Assembly: GCA_021613535.1 (NCBI GenBank)
Contig: CP075493.1
Coordinates: 4,278,001-4,342,000 of the forward strand
Length of the DNA: 64,000 nt
Origin: Adineta vaga
Taxonomy: Eukaryota > Animalia > Rotifera
Direction: 5' to 3'
Part shown: piece after piece, positions 12,542 through 24,528 of the stretch
Layout of the letters: each line of letters opens with the position of its first letter
Position numbering within the stretch: the first letter of the stretch is position 1
Program-made: the position numbers and the translations under genes
The notes under the pieces: model-generated
What the model saw: only the letters and a program-made list of their open reading frames with translations
Databases searched by the model: none
What the model was told of the DNA's origin: nothing

Positions 12542-15010
12542 TTAAACGTCTGAGGATACAACGGATGATCGTTTTGGAATAACATCCAATCTTCGCGGTA
12601 CGTCGATAATAGATTTTCTGCTCGTATCAATGATTTGTTTTGATATTTCTGCTGACATTGCGGCTGTTTCCTTTTTGAGCTTCTCATTATTCTTTACTTT
12701 CTGAACTTCTTTAAGATATTTTTGTATTATAAAAATTTCTGCTCGACAGTCATAACAATGATCGAGTCCTTCATTAGGTACAGTGTCCATATCATGTTCA
12801 TAATGCATTATTCGTGTTACGTTTTGAAAATAAAGCAGAGAATTGGCAAATTCTTGATGATCATAATCGACCTTTTTAGCGTCTTTCTTCACAACCAATC
12901 GGCATTCCATACTTCTTCTTGATGCCCACGGTTCAATAATTTGGCGCCCCTGAAGATATGTCGTTTTACCTAACTCACGTGGAAGGCGAAAATATAGCAA
13001 GGATGCATCAGGTTTCATTGCATCATACCAACACATTTGATCCTCCATGTCTCTAGCCGGCACAGTATTCATTCCATATTGGTGTGGTTGGTAAGTACGA
13101 ACATTACAAATGAATAACACTTTTTTTTTTGAATTACCATATGTTCTTGCAATTGAACCACTGAGCTTTTCGCGTCGTATTACAATATTACGATGTGGTT
13201 TTATAGAAAATTCTTTGTCGTCGATTAAAATAAACTCAAAATTTGGAAATAATGAAGCCAAATAATTAATATGAATACCCGGAGCGGCGCCAGCATAAAT
13301 TACTTGATGGTCAGGATCAGTGCTATATTTTGTTAGAAATTCAATTTCAGGTAAAAGTAATTTTCGCTGTCCCCAATGTTCATTTGTAGTAATTTTTTGG
13401 GAATCAGAATTACTATCTCCTGGTAATTGCGTCGCTGTTGACAGTAAAATACGATTCATTTTGGTGAATTCTTCTTTGTGAAAGCGAAGTTCTTCTCCAC
13501 ATATAAAAACTTCACGTAAATGTGGATTATTATCATAGATCTCTTGCCCTATTGATGTAAGGTTTAATTTCTTTACGTCAAAACTTCTTTCAAACTTTAT
13601 ACGATCCACAAGTCTTCTTTCATCAGCATATAATTCCCTATCCGTTGCCGAATTCTGATTAATTTTTGGAAGTACGATATTGTTCGGTACATCTGGTTCA
13701 GAATTACTTCGATGGTAAGGTGATCGATGATTGTGATCGCGTGCGCCATGCTTCTTATTATTTCCATTTCCATTTCTAAATATAAATATTAGTAGCTTTG
13801 TGCATTATCAAAAAGAATTCAAGGCTGAATTATTCAATTTAAAGTTATCTTCTAGTTGACTTTGAGATCAGATATCGTTCGAATCTCACTATTCACATTT
13901 TGTTTAGATCAGTTATTTTACGTGTATTATTTTCTGAAATATTCAAACGTTACTATTATCCTACCCTGATACTAGTTTATTAAGCAATGGACGCATTTCT
14001 CTCATGTACGATATTGACCATATGATATCATCCATTGCTCGATGATTGACAGTATCTGATCCATTCCGTACTACTTGATCTTTGATCTTTCTTTCCAACC
14101 ATGGTGCCCATCGTTTCATGATCGCTTGAAATGAACTCACATCAATAATACGATAATGTAGATAGTCATGTACTTTTGGCATTTGCAACTCTAGCACGCG
14201 TTTATCGATATGAATTGAACTTCCAGCTAATGAGCACATCTTTGGTGGACAATGACGTTGTATTAAAGTCAACAGTTCATTTTCGACTTGATCCTTCGTC
14301 AGTCTTGATTTAAGACAATCAGCAAACAAATTATTACCACCATTCTTTCGATCTGCAAATGTTTTTTGATGCCAATCTCCGAGTTTATCCATAACGGATT
14401 GATCAAAATGAATCACCCAGTTACCTACAAATACAAAAATATGAATTTCGTTTATCAAAACTTTTCCTTTGCATCTTTCAAGTGCCGCCGAGTATATATA
14501 TATATATATACTACCTTTATCCAATGTGTTTAGGTCACTATCAGTAATGATGACAGCACATTCCATGATTTCTGGTTCTTCAATAGATGTCATTTCAAGA
14601 TCAAGCCAGATGATATTCATTGATTTTAATTTTTCTTCATCTGTAGGCCATCGAGATCCTCGTTCGACTTCAGCACCACCTGCACCAAATTTTTTCAACA
14701 ATACACATAGTTCTTCGTTTGCATCCTGAGAAGCAAGATCATATGGAGTGGAACCATCTGACGCACGTCGAACATTGACGTCGAACCTATACTTTTCTAT
14801 GACATGAGAAATAACGTCGGCCATGTCTCGTTCGACGAGTTCATGAAGTAATGCATTTTTATTATTCGATCTGTTTTGCCATTTCTCGATATTCTTAGCA
14901 CCGTAATCATCCTTAATCTCATCCAGTCTTTTTATCACTTTAGATTGATTATGCTTGTTCATTTGCATAAGAAGTTTTTCAAGTTCTGTATTAAGCTCAT
15001 GCATCGACAT
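12542..15010 (-). CDS. Predicted 729-aa fusion: ankyrin-like + oligoribonuclease (DEDDh, Orn/REXO2) + VP39-like cap 2'-O-MTase fold; exons 15010-14515, 14424-13965, 13775-12542
   Basis: Orn motifs WLDLEMT, LAGSSIHID, YLHYRIIDVSS, HRAMDDI; MTase motifs HWGQRKLL..EIEFL and VIYAGAAPGIHI. The 90-nt intron 14514-14425 is in frame. The 189-nt intron 13964-13776 (GG|GTAGGA ... TACTAAT..TTTAG|A) joins phase 2 to phase 2. Domains are high confidence; the fusion is moderate to high. Confidence 0.78.
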
Positions 15011-16740
15011 GTTGTTGCTGGTATGGTTGTTCGAAAACTTGCAGATGAATAGTGTAAGTAATGCTATTTTCTTACCTTAGTTTAAAGAAAAAAGAGGAAT
15101 AAAAAGCAACATGTAAAGCAATCTGTTTTTTTTTACCAACGAATCGTTACCCTCCGTTTGGAAGGAAGAAGAAGAAAGGAAAAGAAAAAGTAAACGATAG
15201 AAAGTAAAAAAAAAGAGCATACGCACGCGACATTCGTAGAATTCTAACTAAAATAACTGAGAACAATCGTAAAAGAACGTCGCTAGTTGCATATTCTCTA
15301 AACTGTTTGCTTTTATTCATAAAGAAATATTGCATCATATTCTGTGGGAAAAAAGTTTCTACATGACATAAAAATGTATACTGTATGTTTTTCTGAGTCA
15401 CATCAAACATCTGTCTATTGAAAACTTTAAATATAATGCTTTTTACCGACAAACCAAGTACGATCGCTAGATTAATTATCATCATAGATATCAGTTAGCT
15501 AATAAGTCATGGTTTTACATCATTGCCACTCTCGGATATTCATTTGTACAAAGATACTAAAAATCTATTGAATTAGTAGCCATTCATAGATAGGAATTCG
15601 GCAAAAACGAAAGTTACAAGTGAATGCATTCATCTTTCATATGTTCATGATCTCCATTTATCCTTATAGGATTATACTTACCCTATGTTTACAGAATATT
15701 GAAAGCAACGTATATATTTACGACAATAGAAAAGCAAATGATCAATCGATCACTTGTTTATTGTTCATTCCATAACAGAACATCGATCGAGTAAAATCCG
15801 AAACGGCTGTGGCTGATAGCAGACTTCCTTCTTATTTCTGGAAGTGTCGTTCTCTTCAGAAAAGTCAACCATATGTTACTCTTTTTTGAAGTAAATCCAC
15901 TTTGTTTTATGACTTTTGTCAAATAAACTTTTGTTCAAAAACATTATTCAGTGAATAGAATTTCATAACAACTGACAATATCGTGTTCCCCAATACGATA
16001 TTCATTTTTATCAGAATACATACGTTTCCAACCGTTGCATGAAAAAAACTAATGTATTCTAAGTTTAATTCCGATGCCGAAAACTTTTCATATTCAATCT
16101 TTTCAAACTGGATAACCTATGTTTGTGAATAATAGATTAAAGTCTATAAACGGTTGTCTGTTTCTTGTATTTTTTAAAAATGGGATCTCGCGATTAGTTT
16201 CATAATTATTCCCAAAATTTGTTATTAATTTGTAGTTAAATGAAATAACTAAACTTATTTTTCGAAGATGTCATTTATATTTCTAAAAAATACATGTGAC
16301 ATGTAGATGTGACTTTTTAGTTTTCTGAACAAGTTTATTAAATTATAAATATTGAAAAAAAAATGAGTGCATTATTCATGTTCAAGTATGAGTGTCGTTA
16401 ATATTTGGTTATTTTAAATGATTTCAGAGACGATGTTCTATCTCGTTTTTAATAAGAATAGACATGAAGATTTAGTCGTGACGTTTGTTAAATAATGAAG
16501 AGAAAATGAATGAGCAACTTAAATCTTGTTTTGTATTTTTGCTAACAGTATGATCTCAGAACTATCGGTAATGACGATAAATGGAAATAATGTAAAGGAT
16601 CATCATGAGAAAAATAAGATATATTAAAGTTAATGAACAAAGAACAACTCATGCATACTTCTTAGCAATCTTTTATAAATAAAAGAGAATAATAAAACAA
16701 ATGCACTTATTTCCACATTTATTCTCATTCAAATACAAAC

Positions 16741-17845
16741 ATGTCCTCTTCAGCTAATGTAAATCTTATATTAGAAGCCAATAATCTGAATTATATGGCT
16801 ATGATGTTTATTCGATGTTACTGTTTTATCGTCATACCTATCGGAACAATTGGTCATCTATTGAATATTTATGCATTTACGCGTCCATCATTAAGATCTA
16901 ATTCTTGTAGTCGGTACTTTTTAGCAGCGAGTATCATTGGAATAATGCATACTCTATATGCTTTACCGATGAGAATGATACAATCAGCTTTTGTTGATAC
17001 AGATCCAGGAGCATATTCAGTTGTATTTTGTAAAATAACATGGCTTTGTTTAAATTCATTAAGGCATGTAGATTGTATTTTTTATCCATTCTTGTGTCAC
17101 TCTCCTTTCATCCTCTTGTAGAAGTTCAGGTTTCTGGTTAATTGTGCTAGCTTCTGTTGATCGATACTTGTGTAGTTGTTCATCAGCAAACACAAGAGCA
17201 TGGAGCAGTGTACATGTGGCTAATCGAGTCATTCCTTTGACTATTGTCACTCTTTTCACTGCATATATTCATGTTCCAATCTTCTTCAGAATAGATATTA
17301 TACCCGCTACACAAAAACCGATCTGTTATCCACCTGGTCCTCCAGGAACTTATCGAATTATTCTATCATATTTTAATTTGATTTTTCTCGGATTATCTCC
17401 ATCCTTGTCAATGCTGATCTTTGGTCTTCTTACACGACGTAACATCGAACGGTCAAAGCGACTTCTAGTTGCACCTGTAACAAATGTATTGAATGCAACA
17501 AATCGAAAGACAAATACACATATGCTACGAATGTTATTTGTTCAAGTATTTGTATATTGCATAACCGGATTAACATTTTCTGTAGCATTAATATATACAG
17601 CAATTAATGCTAGTAAAACAAAAAATATTCTTGAAGTTGCTCAAGAAAATATGATTAATGCAGTTGTTGGTATGATGTCTACTGTTGGTCCATGTTTAAG
17701 TTTCTATTTATTCACACTTTCAAGTGGTTTGTTTCGAAAAGAACTGAAGAATCTTTTTGTTCAAATCTATCTGATTGGTGGTCATTTACAAGTTCCAACT
17801 ACCATGCCGAATACTGGCCATCGAAGAACCATAAATAGACCATAG
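16741..17845 (+). CDS. Orphan class-A (rhodopsin-like) GPCR; probable GC-AG intron 17064-17121
   Basis: Seven hydrophobic segments, TM3 Cys and DRY, TM7 SFYLFTLSS..FRKEL. Confidence 0.85.
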
Positions 17846-18225
17846 TTAATGTTAAGTTCATATTACATTCAAGCGCGATTTGAATCTCAAGCAAAAACAC
17901 ATATTCTCGTTTAATGTTGTCATGTTCATGAAATTCGAGTATGTTCTTCGTTACTTTTTTCTGCTTTATCTGTTGAATATTTATAAAATAATAAATTAAC
18001 ATAAAAGCAAGTACTGAAGTGCGGAATAACATTGATAAAAATAGAATCCTATATGAATTGGTTTAAAGTGGGTTTTGACAAGAGATATGGGGTAGCACGT
18101 TCGTGGTATTATTTATCAGTTTTCTTTTATGAATGTCAACATTTTTGTGATACGTATGCGCATGATTGATTTCTTTCAAATTTTATCAAACAGAAAATCA
18201 AAGTAGAAATCTTAAGAAATCACGA

Positions 18226-19110
18226 TTACATGAGGAAAATACGAAGAAGTTCTAATTCAACCAATGAAATTAAACACAAGAATATGTTTATCTTACTACG
18301 GTAGGCTATATTACTACCAAATGTTGTCGAAGTAATATTTACAATAACATGAACTGTTGTTGAATAGATACTATCTGTGATAGTAAAACTTTCAGATGTG
18401 GTTGTTTGATTGAATCCAATCATAATAAAAGGATAAACGTGTATAAATACCTGGATGATTTACAAGAGCACAACCTGTACCGAAACTTACGATACCAACT
18501 TGTTCCCAATGTTCACCAAGCCATTGATGAATAGGACCATCGCTATCTCTTTCAAAACAGAAAAATTTCTTTCAATGAAAAGAAAAAAAAACAATTCTCT
18601 TTTGAATATTTACCTTGACAAGAATCCTTTCAATGACTGTCAATCGTGTATCTCTGATGGCATAATCGATCCAAGCATTGTTTGGTGGTAAACAAGTAAA
18701 ACCTACACAAGAATCAGTTCGTTAAAGATTTACTGGAGGTGAAACACGAAGCAAAGTGATATCATTAATAAATGTTGGTACAGGTACTTACTAAGGATGT
18801 GAAATAACTTGAACAACATGACGAGTTTGCGGAGTAGGTAACTTTTAATCATGAACACCAATAAGTACAATAGTTTGATGGCTAGAAGAACAATGAGCTG
18901 CAGTCAATATTCATTCATTGTTAATAAGAGAGCCACCACAAAAGTGGCCAAAAGCCGGCATACAAAGTGATACAATCCATGGCCAACTATGTGGTTGAGC
19001 TGGTTCACTACCAACAATACGTTCTTGACTCAAACGATATGTTGATTGTAATGAAAACTCATCATAGATTCCATCATGTTCAAAACTATTCGTTTGTTGA
19101 CAACTAAATT
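18226..19110 (-). pseudogene. Trypsin-like serine protease pseudogene, copy 1
   Basis: [35 protein letters not shown] with in-frame TGA, further stops and an internal deletion relative to copy 2. Confidence 0.8.
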
Positions 19111-19544
19111 CCACATTATTCTAAATAAATATAATACTCCTCGTACTAGGTTAGTCTTCTATCATTATAATAGTTGATATTTGGATAAAATAGTAGTGTT
19201 ACTGTTATATTTGTTATTAAATTCGTTAAGAGAAGTACAATATAGGCACTTTAGCTCTGCTCCATTTGTCTTTCGAAGGAAAATCTCTATTTTCTTAGGC
19301 AATAGCGAACTGTGCTGAGTAAGAAACAATAATTGATCAGTCTTCGAGAACGTATTAACTTTAATGTGTTATAATAAAAGTTTTCTTCCAAACGAAATAC
19401 AATATGTATTAGACAATCCTTCATTATGATGAATGTACCGAAAGTTTCGTAAAAAAACGTTTTTATTGGAATCGTTAAAGAAAAATAGAAAAATATTCAT
19501 TTCACATTATAAAAGCGTGTAGCTTCTGATAAAATAAATCAAAT

Positions 19545-20522
19545 TTAATCTTGTAATTGATTTTGAATACCTGTTGGAATAGTACTTGATGTTTTCTCTT
19601 TAAATGACAGATAATCAACAAGTCCAGTAGGTAACATTGATAATGGGAAACAGATGACACTTGATTGAAATCCTGGTCGATAACGGATATGTGGAACCGT
19701 ATTCATAACTGCATGTTGAAGAACATGAATAACTTTGATTGGATCGTCAGCATGTTTCGTCATATCTTTATTGTTTATACTTTCATACCATTCTTTCAAA
19801 TATGCATCTCCCCATCGTTCTTGAACATCATTTGGAAGTAAACTAACAAATTCAGGATATGGTCTAACAGTACTTACAATAATAGGTGTTCGCATAAGTC
19901 CAGGTTCAATGATACTGACACGTAAATTCCATGAAGCCATTTCTCGACGAAGACAATCCGAAAATGCTTCAAGTGCATATTTTGATGCACAGTATGCAGA
20001 CATACCTGGTCCTGCCAGATAACCACCAATCGACGAAACATTAATCACACGAGAATCTCGCTTTGCGATCAATAATGGTAGGAATTTTTTAGTCATAGCT
20101 ACATGTCCAAAAAAATTCACATCCATAACTTTTCGCATCGTTTCAATTGATGTCCAATCAATAAGATATCCATCGTCTATACCTGCATTATTGACAAGTG
20201 CATGTAAAACTTTTGTTTTGCTAGTGATTAATTCAAATGCAGCATCAATATCTTCTTGTTTCGTAATATCGAGACGAAAAACTGTGGCTTTTGGTGAAAG
20301 TTTGTCTTTTAGTGAAGCTATACTCTCTGGAAGAAAGACACCAGCAACAACATGAAAACCTTGTTTATCAAGTTCGAGAGCTAGACCATGACCAAAGCCA
20401 CTATCACATCCAGAAATTAAAACATATTTTCCATTTGGATTGATATTTGGTGATGGACGTAAATATTGATATAATCGATAGCTAAAATAGAATATGATTC
20501 CAAGGAGAACTACTAGAAACAT
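19545..20522 (-). CDS. Short-chain dehydrogenase/reductase (RDH/HSD17B6/DHRS9-like), chimeric copy
   Basis: N-terminal TM, SGCDSGFG, LVNNAG, YCASK, IIEPG. Confidence 0.92.
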   Translation of the reverse strand: MFLVVLLGIIFYFSYRLYQYLRPSPNINPNGKYVLISGCDSGFGHGLALELDKQGFHVVAGVFLPESIASLKDKLSPKATVFRLDITKQEDIDAAFELITSKTKVLHALVNNAGIDDGYLIDWTSIETMRKVMDVNFFGHVAMTKKFLPLLIAKRDSRVINVSSIGGYLAGPGMSAYCASKYALEAFSDCLRREMASWNLRVSIIEPGLMRTPIIVSTVRPYPEFVSLLPNDVQERWGDAYLKEWYESINNKDMTKHADDPIKVIHVLQHAVMNTVPHIRYRPGFQSSVICFPLSMLPTGLVDYLSFKEKTSSTIPTGIQNQLQD

Positions 20523-20734
20523 ACCGACAATTATTATTTATTTGTATGAAATATATGTATAACGATAAAACTAGAAATATGATAGTATGTTACTTTTTCT
20601 TATTCGTCACATGGTTATTCTATCTTCGTATGTGCGTTCATCCTTGACTAGTGTTTTCTTTTCATATTTTAAGAGAAAAAGAACTACCCAAAATCATTTT
20701 CTTTTTTATTACTCGAAGTTTAACAAAGTAAATC

Positions 20735-20880
20735 AATTAATCTTTGATTTGGTTTCGAATACCAGCTGGAGGAATAGATGTGTTAAGTAATTTGAACATC
20801 AACAAATCCGTTAACCAGGTGGGAAGCATTGAAAGTATTTGGAACAAGAATTTGCCTTGTAACTCTGGCCGATATCGAAG
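20735..20880 (-). pseudogene. 3' fragment of the SDR at 31429..32412 (repeated at ~24004-24149)
   Basis: Near-identical to 31426-31570 and truncated at the junction with protease sequence. Confidence 0.8.
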
Positions 20881-21460
20881 CTTGAATTGATACAACGCCA
20901 ATCATCATTATCCAATCTTTTCACACGAACTTGTCATAATTTCGTTGGTCGAAAACCTGAAGATGCTAGTTCACCCCATCCAATGGCTGTCAATCGTGTA
21001 TCTCTGATTGCATAATCAATCACAGCATTGTTTAGTGGTAAACAAGTAAAACCTACACAAGAATCAGCTTGTTAAAGATTTACTGGAGGTGAAACACGAA
21101 GCAAAGTGATATCGTTAATAAATGTTGGTGCAGGTACTCACTAAGGATGTGAAATAACTTGAACAACATGACGAGTTTGCGGAGTAGGTAACTTTTAATC
21201 ATGAACACCAATAAGTACAATAGTTTGATGGCTAGAAGAACAATGAGCTGCAGTCAGTATCCGTTCATCGTTAATAAGAGAACCAGCACAAAAGTGGCCA
21301 TAAACCGGCATACGAAGTGATACAATCCATAGTCAACTATGTGGTTGAGCTGTTTCATTACCAAGAATACGTCCTTGACTAAAACGATATGTTGATTGTA
21401 ATGAAAACTCATCATAGATTCCATCATGTTCAAAACTATTCGTTTGTTGACAACTAAACT
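20881..21460 (-). pseudogene. Trypsin-like serine protease pseudogene, copy 2 (partial third copy ~24150-24594)
   Basis: ILGNETAQPHS*LWIVSL..CAGSLINDERILTAAHC; GWGELASSGFRPTKL*QVRV. Confidence 0.8.
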
Positions 21461-21464
21461 CCAT

Positions 21465-22377
21465 GGTGACTGGACAATTCGACGCACAGACATTTCGTCG
21501 TCGGATGATTCGGCGCATAATTAGTTAATTGTAACAAGATTAACATAATATAAAGGTAGAGAGAGAGAGATAAACATTGTATAAGGGTCATTACGTTCGA
21601 AAAAGAAACAATAATTTTAAACAAATGTACAATACGTAACGAAACAAACTTAACAGAAATTAATTCAAAACTTTACACTTCTGAATAAAACAGTACCTGG
21701 ATTGTTTTGTTTACGGAAGATGGATTCTATAAGGGATTTTTAAGGCTTCATAATTATGAATAGATATTCTTGATAATTTATTATGTATACTGTAAAGGAG
21801 CAGTACTAACTTGAACCGTATTTTATCGAGAATCTCAATTTGGAGGTAATACTCATTTTACATAGCGATCATTGTTGTGAGCTAATGTGTATTTCATAAA
21901 AGAAATCTTTGGATTTTCACTAACTAAAATAAACATCCTAAAAATTAAATATTCACTAAATGAACTATGATAAAAATCATTCGCTAAGTTGTAGAATGTT
22001 TTTGTATAGTAGAAATTTGCTTGAATCTATTCGATTCATAATGTTGAAACATAACCTAACATTTCAAACGAAATAAATTTTTTGTCTGACAGTTAACTGA
22101 ATAACGTTCTCCTCTTAGGACTTTCTTAGAAGTTTTTTTACTATTCAAATTCTGTGTTTTGCTTTTTGGTACTTTGCAAACATTTTGTAAGAAGTTTTCA
22201 AGTGAATCCGTATCTTCTTCTTCGCAATACCACTAGAATATTAGGTTGCACTTGGTGTTACTAACACGACTGTTCTGATAGTGTAGTTATCCTATTAATC
22301 GAATTACATATGTAGCTTTGTCAATTAATTATCATATATATGCGCCGAATTGTGCGTTGACGAATTGTCCTAGTGCC
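21465..22377. mobile_element. Non-autonomous TIR DNA element (~913 bp, MITE/MULE-like)
   Basis: Imperfect TIRs (GGACAATTCG..CGCACA..ATTCGGCGCATA vs TATGCGCCGAAT..TGTGCG..CGAATTGTCC), flanked by AACTCCAT / AATTCCAC; empty site CTAAATTCCACATT at 19104-19117 in the paralogous repeat. Confidence 0.8.
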
Positions 22378-22813
22378 AATTCCACATTATTATCAGCAAA
22401 GATAATACTCCTCGTACTAGATTAGTCTTCTATCATTATAATAGTTGATATTTGGATAAAATAGTGGTGTTACTGTTATATTTGTTATTAAATTCGTTAA
22501 GAGAAGTACAATATAGGCACTTTAGCTCTGCTCCATTTGTCTTTCGAAGGAAAATCTCTATTTTCTTAGGCAATAGCGAACTGTGCTGAGTAAGAAACAA
22601 TAATTGATCAGTCTTCGAGAACGTATTAACTTTAATGTGTTATAATCAAGGTTTCCTTCCAAACGAAGTACAATATGTATTAGACCATTCTTCATTATGA
22701 TGAATGTACCGAAAGTTTCGTAAGAAAAACGTTTTTATTCGAGTCGACAAAAAGAACAGAAAAATATTCTTTTCATATTAAAAATGTATAGTTTCTGATA
22801 AAATAAATCAAAT

Positions 22814-23791
22814 TTAATCTTGTAATTGATTTTGAATACCTGTTGGAATAGTACTTGATGCTTTCTCTTTAAATGCCACATAATCAACAAGTCCAGTAGG
22901 TAACATTGATAATGGGAAATATATGACACTTGAGTCAAATCCTGGTCGATAACGGATATGTGGAACCGTATTCATAACTGCATGTTGAAGAACATGAATA
23001 ACTTTGATTGGATCGTCAGCATGTTTCGTCACATCCACATTGAATACACTTTCATGCCACCCTTTCAAATATGCATCTCCCCATCGTTCTTGAACATCAT
23101 TTGGAAGTAAACTAACAAATTCAGGATATGGTCTAACAGTACTTACAATAATAGGTGTTCGCATAAATCCGGGTTCAATGATACTGACACGTAAATTCCA
23201 TGAAGCCATTTCTCGACGAAGACAATCCGAAAATGCTTCAAGTGCATATTTTGATGCACAGTATGCAGACATACCTGGTCCTGCTAGATAACCACCAACT
23301 GAACAAACATTAACTACACGTGAATCACGTTTTGCGATCAATAATGGTAGGAATTTTTTAGTCATAGCTACATGTCCAAAAAAATTCACATCCATAACTT
23401 TTCGCATCGTTTCAATTGATGTCCAATCAATAAGATATCCATCGTCTATACCTGCATTATTGACAAGTGCATGTAAAACTTTTGTTTTGCTAGTGATTAA
23501 TTCAAATGCAGCATCAATATCTTCTTGTTTCGTAATATCGAGACGAAAAACTGTGGCTTTTGGTGAAAGTTTGTCTTTTAGTGAAGCTATACTCTCTGGA
23601 AGAAAGACACCAGCAACAACATGAAAACCTTGTTTATCAAGTTCGAGAGCTAGACCATGACCAAAGCCACTATCACATCCAGAAATTAAAACATATTTTC
23701 CATTTGGATTGATATTTGGTGATGGACGTAAATATTGATATAATCGATAGCTAAAATAGAATATGATTCCAAGGAGAACTACTAGAAACAT
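22814..23791 (-). CDS. SDR (RDH/HSD17B6-like), duplicate of 19545..20522
   Basis: Same motifs; N-terminal half identical to 19545..20522. Confidence 0.92.
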   Translation of the reverse strand: MFLVVLLGIIFYFSYRLYQYLRPSPNINPNGKYVLISGCDSGFGHGLALELDKQGFHVVAGVFLPESIASLKDKLSPKATVFRLDITKQEDIDAAFELITSKTKVLHALVNNAGIDDGYLIDWTSIETMRKVMDVNFFGHVAMTKKFLPLLIAKRDSRVVNVCSVGGYLAGPGMSAYCASKYALEAFSDCLRREMASWNLRVSIIEPGFMRTPIIVSTVRPYPEFVSLLPNDVQERWGDAYLKGWHESVFNVDVTKHADDPIKVIHVLQHAVMNTVPHIRYRPGFDSSVIYFPLSMLPTGLVDYVAFKEKASSTIPTGIQNQLQD

Positions 23792-24528
23792 ACCGACAAT
23801 TATTATTTATTTGTATGAAATATATGTATAACGATAAAACTAGAAATATGATAGTATGTTACTTTTTCTTATTCGTCACATGGTTATTCTATCTTCGTAT
23901 GTGCGTTCATCCTTGACTAGTGTTTTCTTTTCATATTTTAAGAGAAAAAGAACTACCCAAAATCATTTTCTTTTTTATTACTCGAAGTTTAACAAAGTAA
24001 ATCAATTAATCTTTGATTTGGTTTCGAATACCAGCTGGAGGAATAGATGTGTTAAGTAATTTGAACATCAACAAATCCGTTAACCAGGTGGGAAGCATTG
24101 AAAGTATTTGGAACAAGAATTTGCCTTGTAACTCTGGCCGATATCGAAGCTTGAATTGATACAACGCCAATCATCATTATCCAATCTTTTCACACGAACT
24201 TGTCATAATTTCGTTGGTCGAAAACCTGAAGATGCTAGTTCACCCCATCCAATGGCTGTCAATCGTGTATCTCTGATTGCATAATCAATCACAGCATTGT
24301 TTAGTGGTAAACAAGTAAAACCTACACAAGAATCAGCTTGTTAAAGATTTACTGGAGGTGAAACACGAAGCAAAGTGATATCGTTAATAAATGTTGGTGC
24401 AGGTACTCACTAAGGATGTGAAATAACTTGAACAACATGACGAGTTTGCGGAGTAGGTAACTTTTAATCATGAACACCAATAAGTACAATAGTTTGATGG
24501 CTAGAAGAACAATGAGCTGCAGTCAATA

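Noticed and set aside
14425-14514. Apparent 30-aa insertion (GSIYIYIY...FVFVG) in the oligoribonuclease
   Set aside because: It is a 90-nt in-frame GT-AG intron containing a TA microsatellite; removing it restores normal Orn spacing.
20587-20790. 67-aa ORF occurring three times (also 23856 and 31279)
   Set aside because: It is duplicated intergenic and antisense sequence of the SDR array, not an independent gene.
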